Source: a virus (taxonomy: Duplodnaviria; Caudoviricetes). Taken from it: a stretch of DNA of 63,651 nucleotides. The notes beneath the pieces are model-generated. The model searched no databases. It was not told where the DNA came from and was given only the letters and a program-made list of their open reading frames with translations. The stretch lies in the IMG/VR virus record IMGVR_UViG_3300037467_001235, positions 1-63,651 of that record; one strand, written 5' to 3'. The position numbers and the translations under genes are program-made. Within the stretch, counting starts at the first letter, position 1. Every line of letters begins with the position of its first letter. Positions 8,296-17,671 of this stretch are shown here, in pieces.

Positions 8296-9861
8296 CTACG
8301 TCAATCCCATGGGCATCTGACCCCAACTGCTCGGGTTGCGGGACGCCACAGTCTGCCCACCACCAGCCAGCACGTCATAGACGATCGCCGCCGCTGCCAC
8401 CCGGTCGGGACAGTGCTGCGATTCCATCCACCTGATCGCGTGCGCCTCGAACGTCGCCAACCGGTGCTGAACCACCCGAGCACGCCCATTCGAGGTGGCG
8501 TACCGGAATCCGGTGGACCGCACCAGAGCGTTGCCGGACCGCTTCCACGGCGAGACGTGGAACGGCCGCGACGCAGGCACACGGACATCCTCGACCATCC
8601 CGCTGTTGGCTGCAGCTTCGGCGGCGAGGTCGTCGTAGGCGCGTTTGATCAGCTGCTCGTACGCGACGGCCGCCGAATACGCTTCGTACACAACTTCGCT
8701 GGCGCCGGTGCGCAGAGCGAGCAGGCAGGCCACGCGCGGCCATTCAGCGGACGACAGCTGCCCGGAATGGTCATCGGTCAGGACCACGGTCCCGTCCGCT
8801 GTGTACCCGCCGGCGATCACGCCAGCCTCGTCGCCTTGCCCGGTCTCAGCCGGATCGACACCCACGATGCGGCGGTACAGGGGCGGCGGGTCGGTGTTGA
8901 TCCGGTAGTCCTCGAACCATTTCGCGTTGAACAAGCCACCATCGGCGGGGACAGGGTTGCCCTGGTACATCGACGCCCACACGCGCGGGGGTTTGGTTGC
9001 CCGGATCGCTTCCCAATCGGTTTCGCCGCGCGGGTTCTGCAGGTATTCGCCGTACGGCCGGTTGAGGGAGTCGAGGATGCCTGGTTCGGCGATGGCCGGG
9101 AAGTTCAGGATGCGCCACGGGCCCGGCTCCACCGCTTGGAGGTAGACGTGCATGTCTTCCTCGTTCCAGCGGGTGCCGATCATGACCAGGGAGGCTTCTG
9201 GGCCGAGGCGTTGAGAGCCGACCGTGTCCCACCAGGTGCGCACTCGGCGGCGTTCGGCGGGGGAGTCGGCGGCCAACATGCCGGAGAACAGGTCATCGAG
9301 GAGCATGTAATCGGCTGGGCGGCCTGGTAGTGCTGTGCCGACGCCTGCGGCGATGAGGCCACCGCGGTGACCGGCGAGCTGCCAGCGCCCGGCTGAGGAT
9401 TTCGCTTTGCTGATCTGGATGCCGAGCCGGTCTGGGAGAGGTGCCCCGGTCATGGAGTCGCGGGCGTCGGTGCCGTAGGTCTGGATGATCGTGCGGATAC
9501 GTTCGGAGTGGGTCAACGCGAGGTCTTCGGAGTGGGTGACCACGATGGTGCGCCAATCCGGGTGGCGTTGCAGTGCCCGCACGGTCCCGCCGATGACAGC
9601 CCGCTCCGACTTACCAGTCTGGGAGGGCTTCGATATCATCAGCCGCGCACGGGGCGTGGTCTGTGCCCACTCCAACGCCTCATCGATCATCCGCAGGTCC
9701 GGGGTTTGCACGACTGTCGGGTCAAGGGCTTGCATGAGGGCGCCGGCGGATGCGTGAGCGCGCACAGACGCGACCCTGGTGAGGTTTTGTCGCGCCCACG
9801 CGGTGAACGCGGCTCGCTCACCGGGCGGTAGCTTCGCCGCCCGCGCCCACACATCAGTCAT
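8296..9861 (-). CDS. terL: terminase large subunit
   Basis: Walker A PSQTGKSE, Walker B YMLLDD, IGTRWNEED, nuclease IVGVDPA and C-terminal PDRVAA. Confidence 0.95.
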   Translation of the reverse strand: MTDVWARAAKLPPGERAAFTAWARQNLTRVASVRAHASAGALMQALDPTVVQTPDLRMIDEALEWAQTTPRARLMISKPSQTGKSERAVIGGTVRALQRHPDWRTIVVTHSEDLALTHSERIRTIIQTYGTDARDSMTGAPLPDRLGIQISKAKSSAGRWQLAGHRGGLIAAGVGTALPGRPADYMLLDDLFSGMLAADSPAERRRVRTWWDTVGSQRLGPEASLVMIGTRWNEEDMHVYLQAVEPGPWRILNFPAIAEPGILDSLNRPYGEYLQNPRGETDWEAIRATKPPRVWASMYQGNPVPADGGLFNAKWFEDYRINTDPPPLYRRIVGVDPAETGQGDEAGVIAGGYTADGTVVLTDDHSGQLSSAEWPRVACLLALRTGASEVVYEAYSAAVAYEQLIKRAYDDLAAEAAANSGMVEDVRVPASRPFHVSPWKRSGNALVRSTGFRYATSNGRARVVQHRLATFEAHAIRWMESQHCPDRVAAAAIVYDVLAGGGQTVASRNPSSWGQMPMGLT

Positions 9862-10094
9862 GACCTGGCGACCCATCCCGCGCCGTGCTCGATCCCATCG
9901 AGATACGCAGCGACCGTCGTATAGCTGGCATCGCGCAGCACCTCGGTCTGATTGAGGTGGACGGCGAATCCTGCTCCAGTACGCGCGCCTCCCAGGCGCT
10001 CCACGGTGACCGGAATATCCAGCACCTCATGGATACGTGCGCAACGCTGACGCAAGTGCGCGGCGTCCTCGTCCTGATCCCACACATCAGTCAT
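9858..10094 (-). CDS. hypothetical protein
   Basis: 78 aa, coupled by overlap; starts MTDVW like terL. Confidence 0.7.
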   Translation of the reverse strand: MTDVWDQDEDAAHLRQRCARIHEVLDIPVTVERLGGARTGAGFAVHLNQTEVLRDASYTTVAAYLDGIEHGAGWVARS

Positions 10095-10329
10095 GGCCGG
10101 ACCGCCCTGGCGGCCATGCTTCGATCAGTTCGACTCGATCCACCTTCGACCAATCGAACGTCGGCACACCGCCGATCCAGTTGGCGGGCGCCAGCCAGTA
10201 GCGGCCCTCGCGGTCATGGCCGACCGATCCCACGCTGTAGGGCGGGGCCTCGGGATCAGGGTTTTTCCAGTAGATGCGGTAGACGCCGAATTCCAGTCTG
10301 GTGTCCCGGTATGTACGGATCTCGGTCAT
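10087..10329 (-). CDS. hypothetical protein
   Basis: 80-aa ORF in tight operon. Confidence 0.7.
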   Translation of the reverse strand: MTEIRTYRDTRLEFGVYRIYWKNPDPEAPPYSVGSVGHDREGRYWLAPANWIGGVPTFDWSKVDRVELIEAWPPGRSGHD

Positions 10330-10332
10330 GGG

Positions 10333-10836
10333 TCAGCCCTGCGCCCACTCAGGCCGGTAATCCGTGCACGCCTCTACGGTGCGGGCCAGCTTGGCGTGCA
10401 TCGCTTCCCGAGCATCCTGGTACCCGGGCGTGTTGATGATTGCCTCGTCCAGATGCAGCCTGAGGCCGTGTATCTGACCGCACCCTTCGCACTCCATCTC
10501 CCACTTCTGCCACCGGCCGGGAGGTGTATCGGTTGCCTCAGATGATTCGCGGATCGCGGGATTGAGCATGGTTCGGCCCTCATCCTCGTATCCGCTGAAC
10601 TGCACATGCACGAAGAACTGGTCTGGCGGGTTATGCGGATACCAGGCGTCATCGGCCAGGACATCGAAGATCGCGTCTTTCCCGGACTGCATGTGGCACA
10701 AGATGCGATCTCCCGCCTGCGGGCGCTGCCGCATGTGCCCATAGATCTGACCGCGCCCGGTCTCGTCCGGCATACGGAACCATTCGATGTTGTCGGCCCA
10801 GTTCGAATGGTCGGCCATGCGGAATGTGGTGGTCAT
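10333..10836 (-). CDS. hypothetical protein
   Basis: 167 aa, CxxC in C-terminal half. Confidence 0.7.
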   Translation of the reverse strand: MTTTFRMADHSNWADNIEWFRMPDETGRGQIYGHMRQRPQAGDRILCHMQSGKDAIFDVLADDAWYPHNPPDQFFVHVQFSGYEDEGRTMLNPAIRESSEATDTPPGRWQKWEMECEGCGQIHGLRLHLDEAIINTPGYQDAREAMHAKLARTVEACTDYRPEWAQG

Positions 10837-11126
10837 GACTCGTCCCGGCGGAACTGGTCGAGCGCGTCCCTTACGGCGTCCTCGCCGCTATCGGCCGAAT
10901 CCCACCACTCCACCGAGCGGAGGACATCGCGGAGCCGCACCATCTTGGCGTCGATCGTCTTCTCGAATTCGCGGATGCTGTCGAGGATGTCCGTGACAGC
11001 TTGCGCTGCATCGTCCGCGTAGCCCAGGCCGGCGAGTCGGTCGCGGATGGCTTCCAGGTCGTTGGTCGCGTCGTGGAGTTCACGGGCATCCTTGATGTAC
11101 AGGTAGTTGTAGCTGCCGCCGCTCAT
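10833..11126 (-). CDS. hypothetical protein
   Basis: MSGGSYNYLY..., TGATG coupling. Confidence 0.75.
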   Translation of the reverse strand: MSGGSYNYLYIKDARELHDATNDLEAIRDRLAGLGYADDAAQAVTDILDSIREFEKTIDAKMVRLRDVLRSVEWWDSADSGEDAVRDALDQFRRDES

Positions 11127-11338
11127 CAGTCGTCCTCGGGTTTCACAGTGTGCTCCAACAGCTCTTCCGGCCGCCCACGCCACAAGCGCACGTAGCCGCC
11201 TGTTTCGCGGACCACCACCCAATCTGTCCCGATAGCTTCGACGCGCTTGTCATCGTAGGAATCTCGGCCGAATGCTCCATAGCAGTAGCCGTAGAGGACG
11301 GCGCCTACACGGAGTTGAGTGTCGCTCGCAGCGGCCAT
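11126..11338 (-). CDS. hypothetical protein
   Basis: MAAASDTQLRVG...GYCYGAFGRDSYDDKRVEAIG; TGATG coupling. Confidence 0.75.
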   Translation of the reverse strand: MAAASDTQLRVGAVLYGYCYGAFGRDSYDDKRVEAIGTDWVVVRETGGYVRLWRGRPEELLEHTVKPEDD

Positions 11339-11706
11339 CAGTTGTCCTTCGGGAGGCCGGTGATGCGGATGCACGGCAGCTTCACGCTGAACACCTCGTC
11401 GCCGCGCTCCGGCTCCAGGGACGGAAGAGACATGCCCATGGTCAGCTGGGCGAGAGTGTCGTAGGTCCGTTCGAAGGTCGGGGGGTCCTCGTGCAGAATC
11501 CCGCCCATCACCGCGGCGAACTGGAGGAGGAACAGGTTGAGGCCCCACGGGTCGTAGGCGTAGACGAGGGTGCCGCCTTCCTCGTCGTGGTCGAACTCGA
11601 TACCGTCGAACTCCTCCCGCAACCACAAGACATTGCGGACGGTTTCCCACCGGATCGAGAAGACTTCCGCTGGCACGTCTTCCGGCGTGGCGTTCTGGTC
11701 GCTCAT
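11338..11706 (-). CDS. hypothetical protein
   Basis: MSDQNATPED...; TGATG coupling. Confidence 0.75.
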   Translation of the reverse strand: MSDQNATPEDVPAEVFSIRWETVRNVLWLREEFDGIEFDHDEEGGTLVYAYDPWGLNLFLLQFAAVMGGILHEDPPTFERTYDTLAQLTMGMSLPSLEPERGDEVFSVKLPCIRITGLPKDN

Positions 11707-11876
11707 CAGTCGTCCTTGTCGGTTCTGCGCGGCTGGACACGGCCTTCGTTGACGGCCTCGGCGAAGCCTTGAAACGCCCGCCGAACGCTCTCCGCCGCCG
11801 CATTCGTAGCTGCCTTCATCGCCATGATCTTCTCGCTCAGGGTTGGCTCGCGATTGAATTCGATCTGCTCGGCCAT
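11706..11876 (-). CDS. hypothetical protein (56 aa, not in ORF track)
   Basis: MAEQIEFNREPTLSEKIMAMKAA...TDKDD; TGATG-coupled at both ends. Confidence 0.75.
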   Translation of the reverse strand: MAEQIEFNREPTLSEKIMAMKAATNAAAESVRRAFQGFAEAVNEGRVQPRRTDKDD

Positions 11877-12250
11877 CAGTCGTCCTTGTCGTCTTCGGGG
11901 AACACGGGTTCGATCCGCGGGTCATGCCGCATCCCCTCCGCCACGATCCGCTGCCACCACCTGTTCGGAGGCAACTCGTCTTTCCGGGTACGCCACACCC
12001 GAACCCGAACCTTGTCCCCACCCTCGGGCACGGTCGCCATGAACTCGGCCACTTCACGATCGAACCGTTCGAACAGGGCCTCGATCTCCGCCCAAATACC
12101 TGTCGGGATCGGATCGCGCCCCGATTCCCACGACTGATAGGTGTTCGGGCGGACACCCAGCATTTCCGCCATATCCACCTGCTCCAACCCCAGGTATCGG
12201 CGGGATGCGGTGAGGCGGCCGGCGCGTCCGTGTTCGCGTGCGGTGGGCAT
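11876..12250 (-). CDS. XRE-like HTH DNA-binding protein
   Basis: RRYLGLEQVDMAEMLGVRPNTYQSWESGRDPIP; AAGGGAG RBS. Confidence 0.8.
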   Translation of the reverse strand: MPTAREHGRAGRLTASRRYLGLEQVDMAEMLGVRPNTYQSWESGRDPIPTGIWAEIEALFERFDREVAEFMATVPEGGDKVRVRVWRTRKDELPPNRWWQRIVAEGMRHDPRIEPVFPEDDKDD

Positions 12251-12348
12251 AGACTCCCTTTCGTCCAGCACGGCCGCTGCTCGACCGTGCTGGGCACCAT
12301 GATCACACGCTCTGCGGAGTGATCGTGGGGTGAGGGAGCGGCGTGGGG

Positions 12349-12705
12349 TCACGCGGCGATCCGGGTGGGCATGTCCACGCGGTCAGCGGTGTCCGCCAGG
12401 TGGGGGTGGACGAACCGCAGGTAGTTGCGGCACACCTTCACGGTGATGGTTTCGTATGCGTCGACCTGATCCGACAAGGCCAGCATGTTGATGTGGGAGC
12501 CCGCGATGTCGCCCGCGTAGGTGCGGTCGGTGCGGTCACCGTCGACGGTGACCCATTCGACCTCGACCGCGCCCGGCGCCCCGGTCTCTTCGCACATGGC
12601 GTTGTCCCAGCCGTCGCGGGTGACCTCGATACGCACACGGTCGTCGGCGTGGATACCGAGCGCTTCGGCGACCTGGGCGGCGGGGGTGGCGATGAAGGTG
12701 GTCAT
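12349..12705 (-). CDS. hypothetical protein
   Basis: MTTFIATPAA..., follows leader motif. Confidence 0.75.
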   Translation of the reverse strand: MTTFIATPAAQVAEALGIHADDRVRIEVTRDGWDNAMCEETGAPGAVEVEWVTVDGDRTDRTYAGDIAGSHINMLALSDQVDAYETITVKVCRNYLRFVHPHLADTADRVDMPTRIAA

Positions 12706-12779
12706 GTCCGGCTCCTCCGGGGTTGTGCCAGCTGGTCTGGCGATAAGATGAATATACATGCGCGTGATGGTGCGGTCAA
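12703..12779 (-). promoter_or_regulatory. promoter plus double-hairpin leader copy C
   Basis: TTGACC-17-TATATT, then ATC GCCAG-ACCAG-CTGGC ACAACC CCGG-AGGAG-CCGG AC ATG. Confidence 0.85.
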
Positions 12780-12937
12780 GCGCCCCGCTTCTTCGTCGCC
12801 CTCAGCTCGATACGATCACCGTTCGGCATCCGATACGTGAGCGACTGCCCACATCGACGGAGAACGTCAAACCCGTTGACGGCCAGCACGTCCGCCACGT
12901 CTCGGATGGCGTCGACAGCGGTATATGGCTCGTTCAC
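12776..12937 (-). CDS. hypothetical protein (53 aa)
   Basis: GTG start overlapping upstream stop. Confidence 0.55.
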   Translation of the reverse strand: MNEPYTAVDAIRDVADVLAVNGFDVLRRCGQSLTYRMPNGDRIELRATKKRGA

Positions 12938-13386
12938 AGCGGAGCCCTCGGCCGCCACAGGGCCACGCCACGATCCCGCCACTTGGCGAATTCGCCGAGA
13001 GTCCACGAATCAGGGTGAGTCCAGAACTTCCAGGACAGGCGACCACGAGTCAGATCTACCGCCAGGTCGCGGCCCTCATACCGGTGTGCGGATTCACGGG
13101 TGATCCAGCCGGCGACCCGACGCCCCGCGGTGATGCCCCAGTAGATCCCGCTGCCAAGGATGGTGAGGTGGCCGTCGAATGGGGTCGAGGACGCGCCTGT
13201 GCCGACGTGGAATCGGATGCTGAACTCGGGCTTCGGCTTCCGTAGGACGGTTTGGAAATCGACTGCGACGAGCTCCGTTTCGGCGTCCTCATGGGGACGA
13301 ATGTGGAAGTGGTGCGTTTTGTTGTGGAGCACACCGGGCCGTGGTCGGCGCGCCTGGCGGTCGATCGTGAAGCGGTGCAGGTACAT
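12934..13386 (-). CDS. hypothetical protein
   Basis: 150 aa, AGAAAGG RBS. Confidence 0.7.
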   Translation of the reverse strand: MYLHRFTIDRQARRPRPGVLHNKTHHFHIRPHEDAETELVAVDFQTVLRKPKPEFSIRFHVGTGASSTPFDGHLTILGSGIYWGITAGRRVAGWITRESAHRYEGRDLAVDLTRGRLSWKFWTHPDSWTLGEFAKWRDRGVALWRPRAPL

Positions 13387-13461
13387 CGGAGCCTTTCTGT
13401 TGATGGGTCTATCGAGCAGAACATCCGCCCAACCATGATCGGTTGAGCGGCTACCCAGGGT

Positions 13462-13686
13462 CTACGCTTCGCCCCAGTCGTAGCCCCGCTGATAGGCGTC
13501 ATACGCGACATCCTCGGGGACACCGGCACGTTCGGCGGTGGCGAAGGCTCGTTCGATCGCGGCCACCGTCTCCGGGGTGTCGGGGTAGCCGTCCTCCGCT
13601 TCCTTCCGGGCCAGGCTGCCGATGGTGACCAGCGCGGTGATGGCGGCGTCGAGGGTGGTTGCGGGGGCGGGGGTGATGGTGAGCAT
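13462..13686 (-). CDS. hypothetical protein
   Basis: MLTITPAP..., follows leader motif. Confidence 0.75.
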   Translation of the reverse strand: MLTITPAPATTLDAAITALVTIGSLARKEAEDGYPDTPETVAAIERAFATAERAGVPEDVAYDAYQRGYDWGEA

Positions 13687-13758
13687 GTCCGGCCTTCCGG
13701 TTGGTGCCAGCTGATCTGGCGATACGCACACTATACCAGCGAGTGACTGTACCGTCTA
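13684..13758 (-). promoter_or_regulatory. promoter plus double-hairpin leader copy D
   Basis: TAGACG-gtACAGTCACTCGCTGG-TATAGT, then ATC GCCAG-ATCAG-CTGGC ACCAA CCGG-AAGG-CCGG AC ATG. Confidence 0.85.
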
Positions 13759-13786
13759 GGGAATGCGTGGGCTCCTCTGGATACGT

Positions 13787-14023
13787 TCAGGCGTCGCCGG
13801 CCACCCGCCCCGGGAAGACGGTGAAATCGCGGTGACAGCGCGAGCAATCGAACCGGGCGATCGGGTCGTACCAGCTCTCACCGTCCTCGCCCTCCACGAT
13901 CCAGTCGTGCGGGAGCCGGGCACGGCACCGGAAGCACCACTTCTCACCCACCGGCTTACGGCTGAATACCCGCCATGAGGACGGCCGGCAGATGCTCAGG
14001 TTGCCACTGTGAATGCAAGTCAT
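13787..14023 (-). CDS. small zinc-ribbon protein
   Basis: Two CxxC pairs (CFRC, CSRC). Confidence 0.7.
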   Translation of the reverse strand: MTCIHSGNLSICRPSSWRVFSRKPVGEKWCFRCRARLPHDWIVEGEDGESWYDPIARFDCSRCHRDFTVFPGRVAGDA

Positions 14024-14274
14024 CGTCTGGCCACCTCGGCTCTCAACTCGTACTTCGGTTTCTGCCCGTGCAGCGGCGCCACCCGGAATGTCATCTCGTA
14101 TCCGCCGTCCGGGTCCTCCCATACGTCGAGGTACCCGAGGAACATGGTGTTCGGGTCGGGCCAGTAGCGGACCGGGATGCTGTGGTTGGGTTCGCGGTCG
14201 AGCGGGGCGGGCTGGAAGCCGTTGCGTTCGAGCGTGTCCCGTACTGCGCCACGGATGTCGGGGAACTCGTTCAT
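14020..14274 (-). CDS. hypothetical protein
   Basis: MNEFPDIRG..., ATGA overlaps. Confidence 0.7.
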   Translation of the reverse strand: MNEFPDIRGAVRDTLERNGFQPAPLDREPNHSIPVRYWPDPNTMFLGYLDVWEDPDGGYEMTFRVAPLHGQKPKYELRAEVARR

Positions 14275-14546
14275 TGGTTCACCTCTGTCGGCCAGTACTG
14301 CATCAACGTGTATCGCTCCGCCCGCTGACGGAACCACGACCAACGCAACCGCACACGCACCAACTCCCACCCAGCCCCACGCGTCTCCACCATCAGCAGG
14401 TCGCCCGGTTTCGCCCCGGGAAGCATGTCGATGGTGAGGTGGAGTTCGCCGGCGGTGATGTGGGGGATGGGGTCGCTGTCGCCGTTGGGTTGGAGGGCGT
14501 GGAGTTGGCGGTCGGGGGACACCAACACCATCTGATCCGCGATCAC
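14271..14546 (-). CDS. hypothetical protein
   Basis: GTGA overlap; operon packing. Confidence 0.65.
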   Translation of the reverse strand: MIADQMVLVSPDRQLHALQPNGDSDPIPHITAGELHLTIDMLPGAKPGDLLMVETRGAGWELVRVRLRWSWFRQRAERYTLMQYWPTEVNQ

Positions 14547-14767
14547 TGGTCGGTCTCGCTTCCGGGAGTAGTGGCCTTGATTCCAACCGTGACCCACCAT
14601 CCGTCGTTGGTCATGTCCTGTTCGATCTCGATTGTGGTAGCCGCGTCGTGATGGTCAGCCGGATGAACGTCGTGCGCCCACCAACCACCGGTCGGACAGT
14701 CGAGCCAGCGGATCTGGGCTCCGCAGGTATCGCAGGGGGCAGTGATGTAGTCGGTATGGTCGGTCAC
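14543..14767 (-). CDS. hypothetical protein
   Basis: 74 aa, CxxC and His-rich. Confidence 0.65.
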   Translation of the reverse strand: MTDHTDYITAPCDTCGAQIRWLDCPTGGWWAHDVHPADHHDAATTIEIEQDMTNDGWWVTVGIKATTPGSETDQ

Positions 14768-15054
14768 TGCTGGTTCTCGCTTTCGGGATCGGCCCGCAGG
14801 CTTTCGATCAGGGCCGGGATCTTGTCGTCCACCACGATTCCCAGGACCAGCTGCGCGAGGGCGAGCAGTGTCGGTGGGGCGTCGCAGTTGTTGAGCAGTG
14901 CCTCGGCGCGTTGGGCGTGCACGTAGGCCAGGGCTACCTTGTCGTGCAGTGCAGCTTGCTTGTTGCCGTGGAGGGCTTCGAGGATGTCGGCGGCGGAACG
15001 CATTCCGGCGTTACTGCGGGCGTCGGGTGGGGTGCCTTCGGGTACTACGCGCAT
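14764..15054 (-). CDS. hypothetical protein
   Basis: 96 aa, coupled. Confidence 0.65.
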   Translation of the reverse strand: MRVVPEGTPPDARSNAGMRSAADILEALHGNKQAALHDKVALAYVHAQRAEALLNNCDAPPTLLALAQLVLGIVVDDKIPALIESLRADPESENQQ

Positions 15055-15386
15055 CAGTCGGTCTCGCTTTCGGGTCGGGGGTTCACGATGTCGCCGATAC
15101 GGGCACGCACGTACTCACCCACGGCGGCCTTGTCGTCGTAGCCGAGTTCCAGCCAGTGGTCCTCGGTGAGGATGCCGGCCTGGACCGCGGTGAGGACGTT
15201 GGTGAGCTTCCGCTGCTCCACCAACTCCCCGAGATGCGCCGTGATGGCCAGGAGGGCGTGCGCGTTGGCTCGCTGGTGCAGCGCGGTCAGATAGCCGAGA
15301 ACGGTGGGAGTGGGGTTGTCGGTATGCAGCTCGGCTGTGAAGTGCTCGGCAGCGGTGCGGTGATCGGTTGGAAGTGGTTCGGGCAT
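15054..15386 (-). CDS. hypothetical protein
   Basis: 110 aa, GAAGGGA RBS. Confidence 0.7.
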   Translation of the reverse strand: MPEPLPTDHRTAAEHFTAELHTDNPTPTVLGYLTALHQRANAHALLAITAHLGELVEQRKLTNVLTAVQAGILTEDHWLELGYDDKAAVGEYVRARIGDIVNPRPESETD

Positions 15387-15458
15387 GGTTGTTCCCTTCG
15401 GTCAGAGATACGGGAGAAGCGGCCGGGCCTTGTGGCGGTAGGCCCGGCCGCCGATAGA

Positions 15459-16070
15459 TCAGGACGCGGCAGCAGCCTCGGCCTCGGCGCGCTTGCGGGC
15501 GACGACGGCCAAGCGGGCGTTGCGGTAGTTCTCCCGCTTTCGCTCGTCCTTCGCCTTCCGCTCCGCCAGGTCCTTCTCGGACCGCAAGCGCTCCAACTGG
15601 TCCCGCGCGGCTTCCTCAACCTCGTCCTGCGTCAGCTTCGGGCGCTTCAACCAGTCCTTACGCGGTTCGGCGTGAGCGGCCATCCGCCACGGGTGGAAGA
15701 CTCCGACTCCGGTGGCGGCGGCGTAGAACCGTTGCCCGGCGATCTCGTACGACCGGACTACGGCGGTGGTTTGCCGCAGCATCTTCGCCGCCGACCGCGA
15801 CACCGGATACCAGTACCCGAACTCGACAGGCCGGGGGAGCTGGTCGGACGGGAATTCGGGGAGGCTCAACCGTTCCCGCATCGACGGCGGGATGGGGCGG
15901 TGGCTGTAGAACTCGGGCCGGGTGCCGTTGTTGAGGTCGTCCGCGATGTCCTTGGCCGTGACCGGGTTCGGGGAGGGGATGTAGATGAACGGGTTGGCGG
16001 CGGGGATGGTGGCCCACCGCCACATGTCGGTGGTGGTCCACGGGATGCTGACGGCCTGTTTGGGGATCAC
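15459..16070 (-). CDS. hypothetical protein
   Basis: 203 aa with charged C-terminal helix. Confidence 0.7.
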   Translation of the reverse strand: MIPKQAVSIPWTTTDMWRWATIPAANPFIYIPSPNPVTAKDIADDLNNGTRPEFYSHRPIPPSMRERLSLPEFPSDQLPRPVEFGYWYPVSRSAAKMLRQTTAVVRSYEIAGQRFYAAATGVGVFHPWRMAAHAEPRKDWLKRPKLTQDEVEEAARDQLERLRSEKDLAERKAKDERKRENYRNARLAVVARKRAEAEAAAAS

Positions 16071-16261
16071 AGTGCTACCGCCAGGGAGAACAGGACGACG
16101 GCGACGATCCAGGTGACGACGGTGGCGGTGAGTCCGACAGCGACCGCGAGCGGCAGGACGAAGATCACGGTGAACAGTGACAGGCCCATCAAGAGCAGGG
16201 GGATTTCGACGCTGATGCGAGCCCGCGCTACGGTGAATCGGTTGGGGTGTTTGATGTGCAT
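16067..16261 (-). CDS. small membrane protein
   Basis: MHIKHPNRF...; two hydrophobic helices; follows leader motif. Confidence 0.7.
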   Translation of the reverse strand: MHIKHPNRFTVARARISVEIPLLLMGLSLFTVIFVLPLAVAVGLTATVVTWIVAVVLFSLAVAL

Positions 16262-16336
16262 TCCGGCTCTTTTCCGGTTGATGACGGCTGTTCCGTCGAT
16301 GTGGGTAACGATACCAGCGAGTGACTGTGTTGTCAC
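16259..16336 (-). promoter_or_regulatory. promoter plus double-hairpin leader copy E
   Basis: GTGACA-acACAGTCACTCGCTGG-TATCGT, then ATC GACGG-AACAG-CCGTC ATCAA CCGG-AAAAGAG-CCGG A ATG. Confidence 0.85.
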
Positions 16337-16475
16337 GTGTTCCGGGAAGATTCCAGCCACCCGATCTGGCAACCGATCAGCGACCCCGGTCTAGCCCCCG
16401 CTGATCCGGGTACAGAATGCCTGGTCACACCCAAACAGCCACCCGCACCCCAACACACGCAGCAACCCCGCAGCA

Positions 16476-16967
16476 TCACTCCGGGGCCGAATCCACCACC
16501 TCACCCTCCACCACATCCCCAGCCGAACCATCCAGCAACGCCAACGCATCCCGCTTCAACCGCTCCAACTCCGCAGGATCACCACCAATCACCACCGACA
16601 CATCCGGCCCCTCCAACCCGTGGAGCTTCGACAAGCGAGCCAGGGCCTTATCCGCCGCGCTCATCGCCTTCACCAACGCATCCATGTCCCCCGCATCATC
16701 AGCCCGCAACACCGCGCCCCACGCACGCCCCCACAACGCCTCAGCACGCGCGATCATCTTCGGCCGCACCAACTCCGCGCCCTCGCCCGCCCGACGCTTC
16801 AGGATCGCGTCCACCGCCTGCCGCGCCCCCGACTCGCCGGCATACCCGACCTGTTCGGCGATCTCCGCGTAGGTGAACCCGCCTTGGACGACGAGGTCTA
16901 GGCATCGTTGCTGCTTGACCTGAGTTTCGGGGTCGACCTTCCCGCCTGGTTTGCCGTTACGCCCCAT
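16476..16967 (-). CDS. terS: probable terminase small subunit (HTH)
   Basis: GFTYAEIAEQVGYA HTH followed by helical region ending RLSKLHGLEGP; last gene of an operon behind a late-promoter motif. Confidence 0.6.
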   Translation of the reverse strand: MGRNGKPGGKVDPETQVKQQRCLDLVVQGGFTYAEIAEQVGYAGESGARQAVDAILKRRAGEGAELVRPKMIARAEALWGRAWGAVLRADDAGDMDALVKAMSAADKALARLSKLHGLEGPDVSVVIGGDPAELERLKRDALALLDGSAGDVVEGEVVDSAPE

Positions 16968-17241
16968 TCGCTGAATCCGTATCCGCAGAGGGCGAGTGAT
17001 ACCGACGGACGATCTCCCGCTTCAGCTCGGCCAGCTTGCTCTTCCCGAAGTCGGCGCCGGTGGAGGTCTCCCACCATCCGGTGTCGTCCTCGCATTCGTC
17101 CTTGTCGATGCCGCGGAGTAGGTCGTCCACCCAGGACAGATCGGGCGCTCCTGCCGCCTGGCGTTGCTCCTCGAGGATCTTCTGCACACCCTTGGGGGGT
17201 GGGACGTCCAGGGACTCCAGGGGGTAATCTCCGCCGCTCAT
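16957..17241 (-). CDS. hypothetical protein
   Basis: MSGGDYPLES...GWWETSTGADFG. Confidence 0.7.
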   Translation of the reverse strand: MSGGDYPLESLDVPPPKGVQKILEEQRQAAGAPDLSWVDDLLRGIDKDECEDDTGWWETSTGADFGKSKLAELKREIVRRYHSPSADTDSANGA

Positions 17242-17317
17242 GACTCCCCCCGCGTGGCGTAGAGGCCGCGGCCGAGCAGGGCGGCGATCACGATCACCCA
17301 CAACCACTGGGCGGCCA

Positions 17318-17671
17318 TCACAGCTCATCCTCGATGGATTCGGGCAGGCCGGGACCGAACATGTCCAACACCTCATCGGTGTCCATGCCCGCGCGGCGGC
17401 CCACCTCCAGCAGGACAGCGGCCATGTGGATAGCTACCGCGCTCTCATCCATGCCGATGAGGTTGAGGGTGGTCAACCGGTGGAGCGAGACCTCGCACAG
17501 GTCGGGGTTGGCGACGTGTTCGATGATGTGCCGGATATGGGGCCGTGCCTCGGCGATGTTGTCGTGAAGCTGGTAGGGCCGCACTACCAGCGCGTAGCGG
17601 AGGGCCACGACCAGTGAGGCGATGATGGCGATGGCGGCGCCGAGGGCGGCGTACAGGAGGGCGGCGATCAC
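17318..17671 (-). CDS. membrane-anchored protein (paralog of 17668..18030)
   Basis: N-terminal TM; shared PxIRxIIExV...VxRxAGM..EVxDMFxP. Confidence 0.7.
   Translation of the reverse strand: MIAALLYAALGAAIAIIASLVVALRYALVVRPYQLHDNIAEARPHIRHIIEHVANPDLCEVSLHRLTTLNLIGMDESAVAIHMAAVLLEVGRRAGMDTDEVLDMFGPGLPESIEDEL

Noticed and set aside
16400-16800. C/A-rich strand-skewed tracts (also ~35560-36010 and ~58560-58860)
   Set aside because: They reflect G/T-rich codon use on the minus strand; no repeat unit, and no evidence for a pac site
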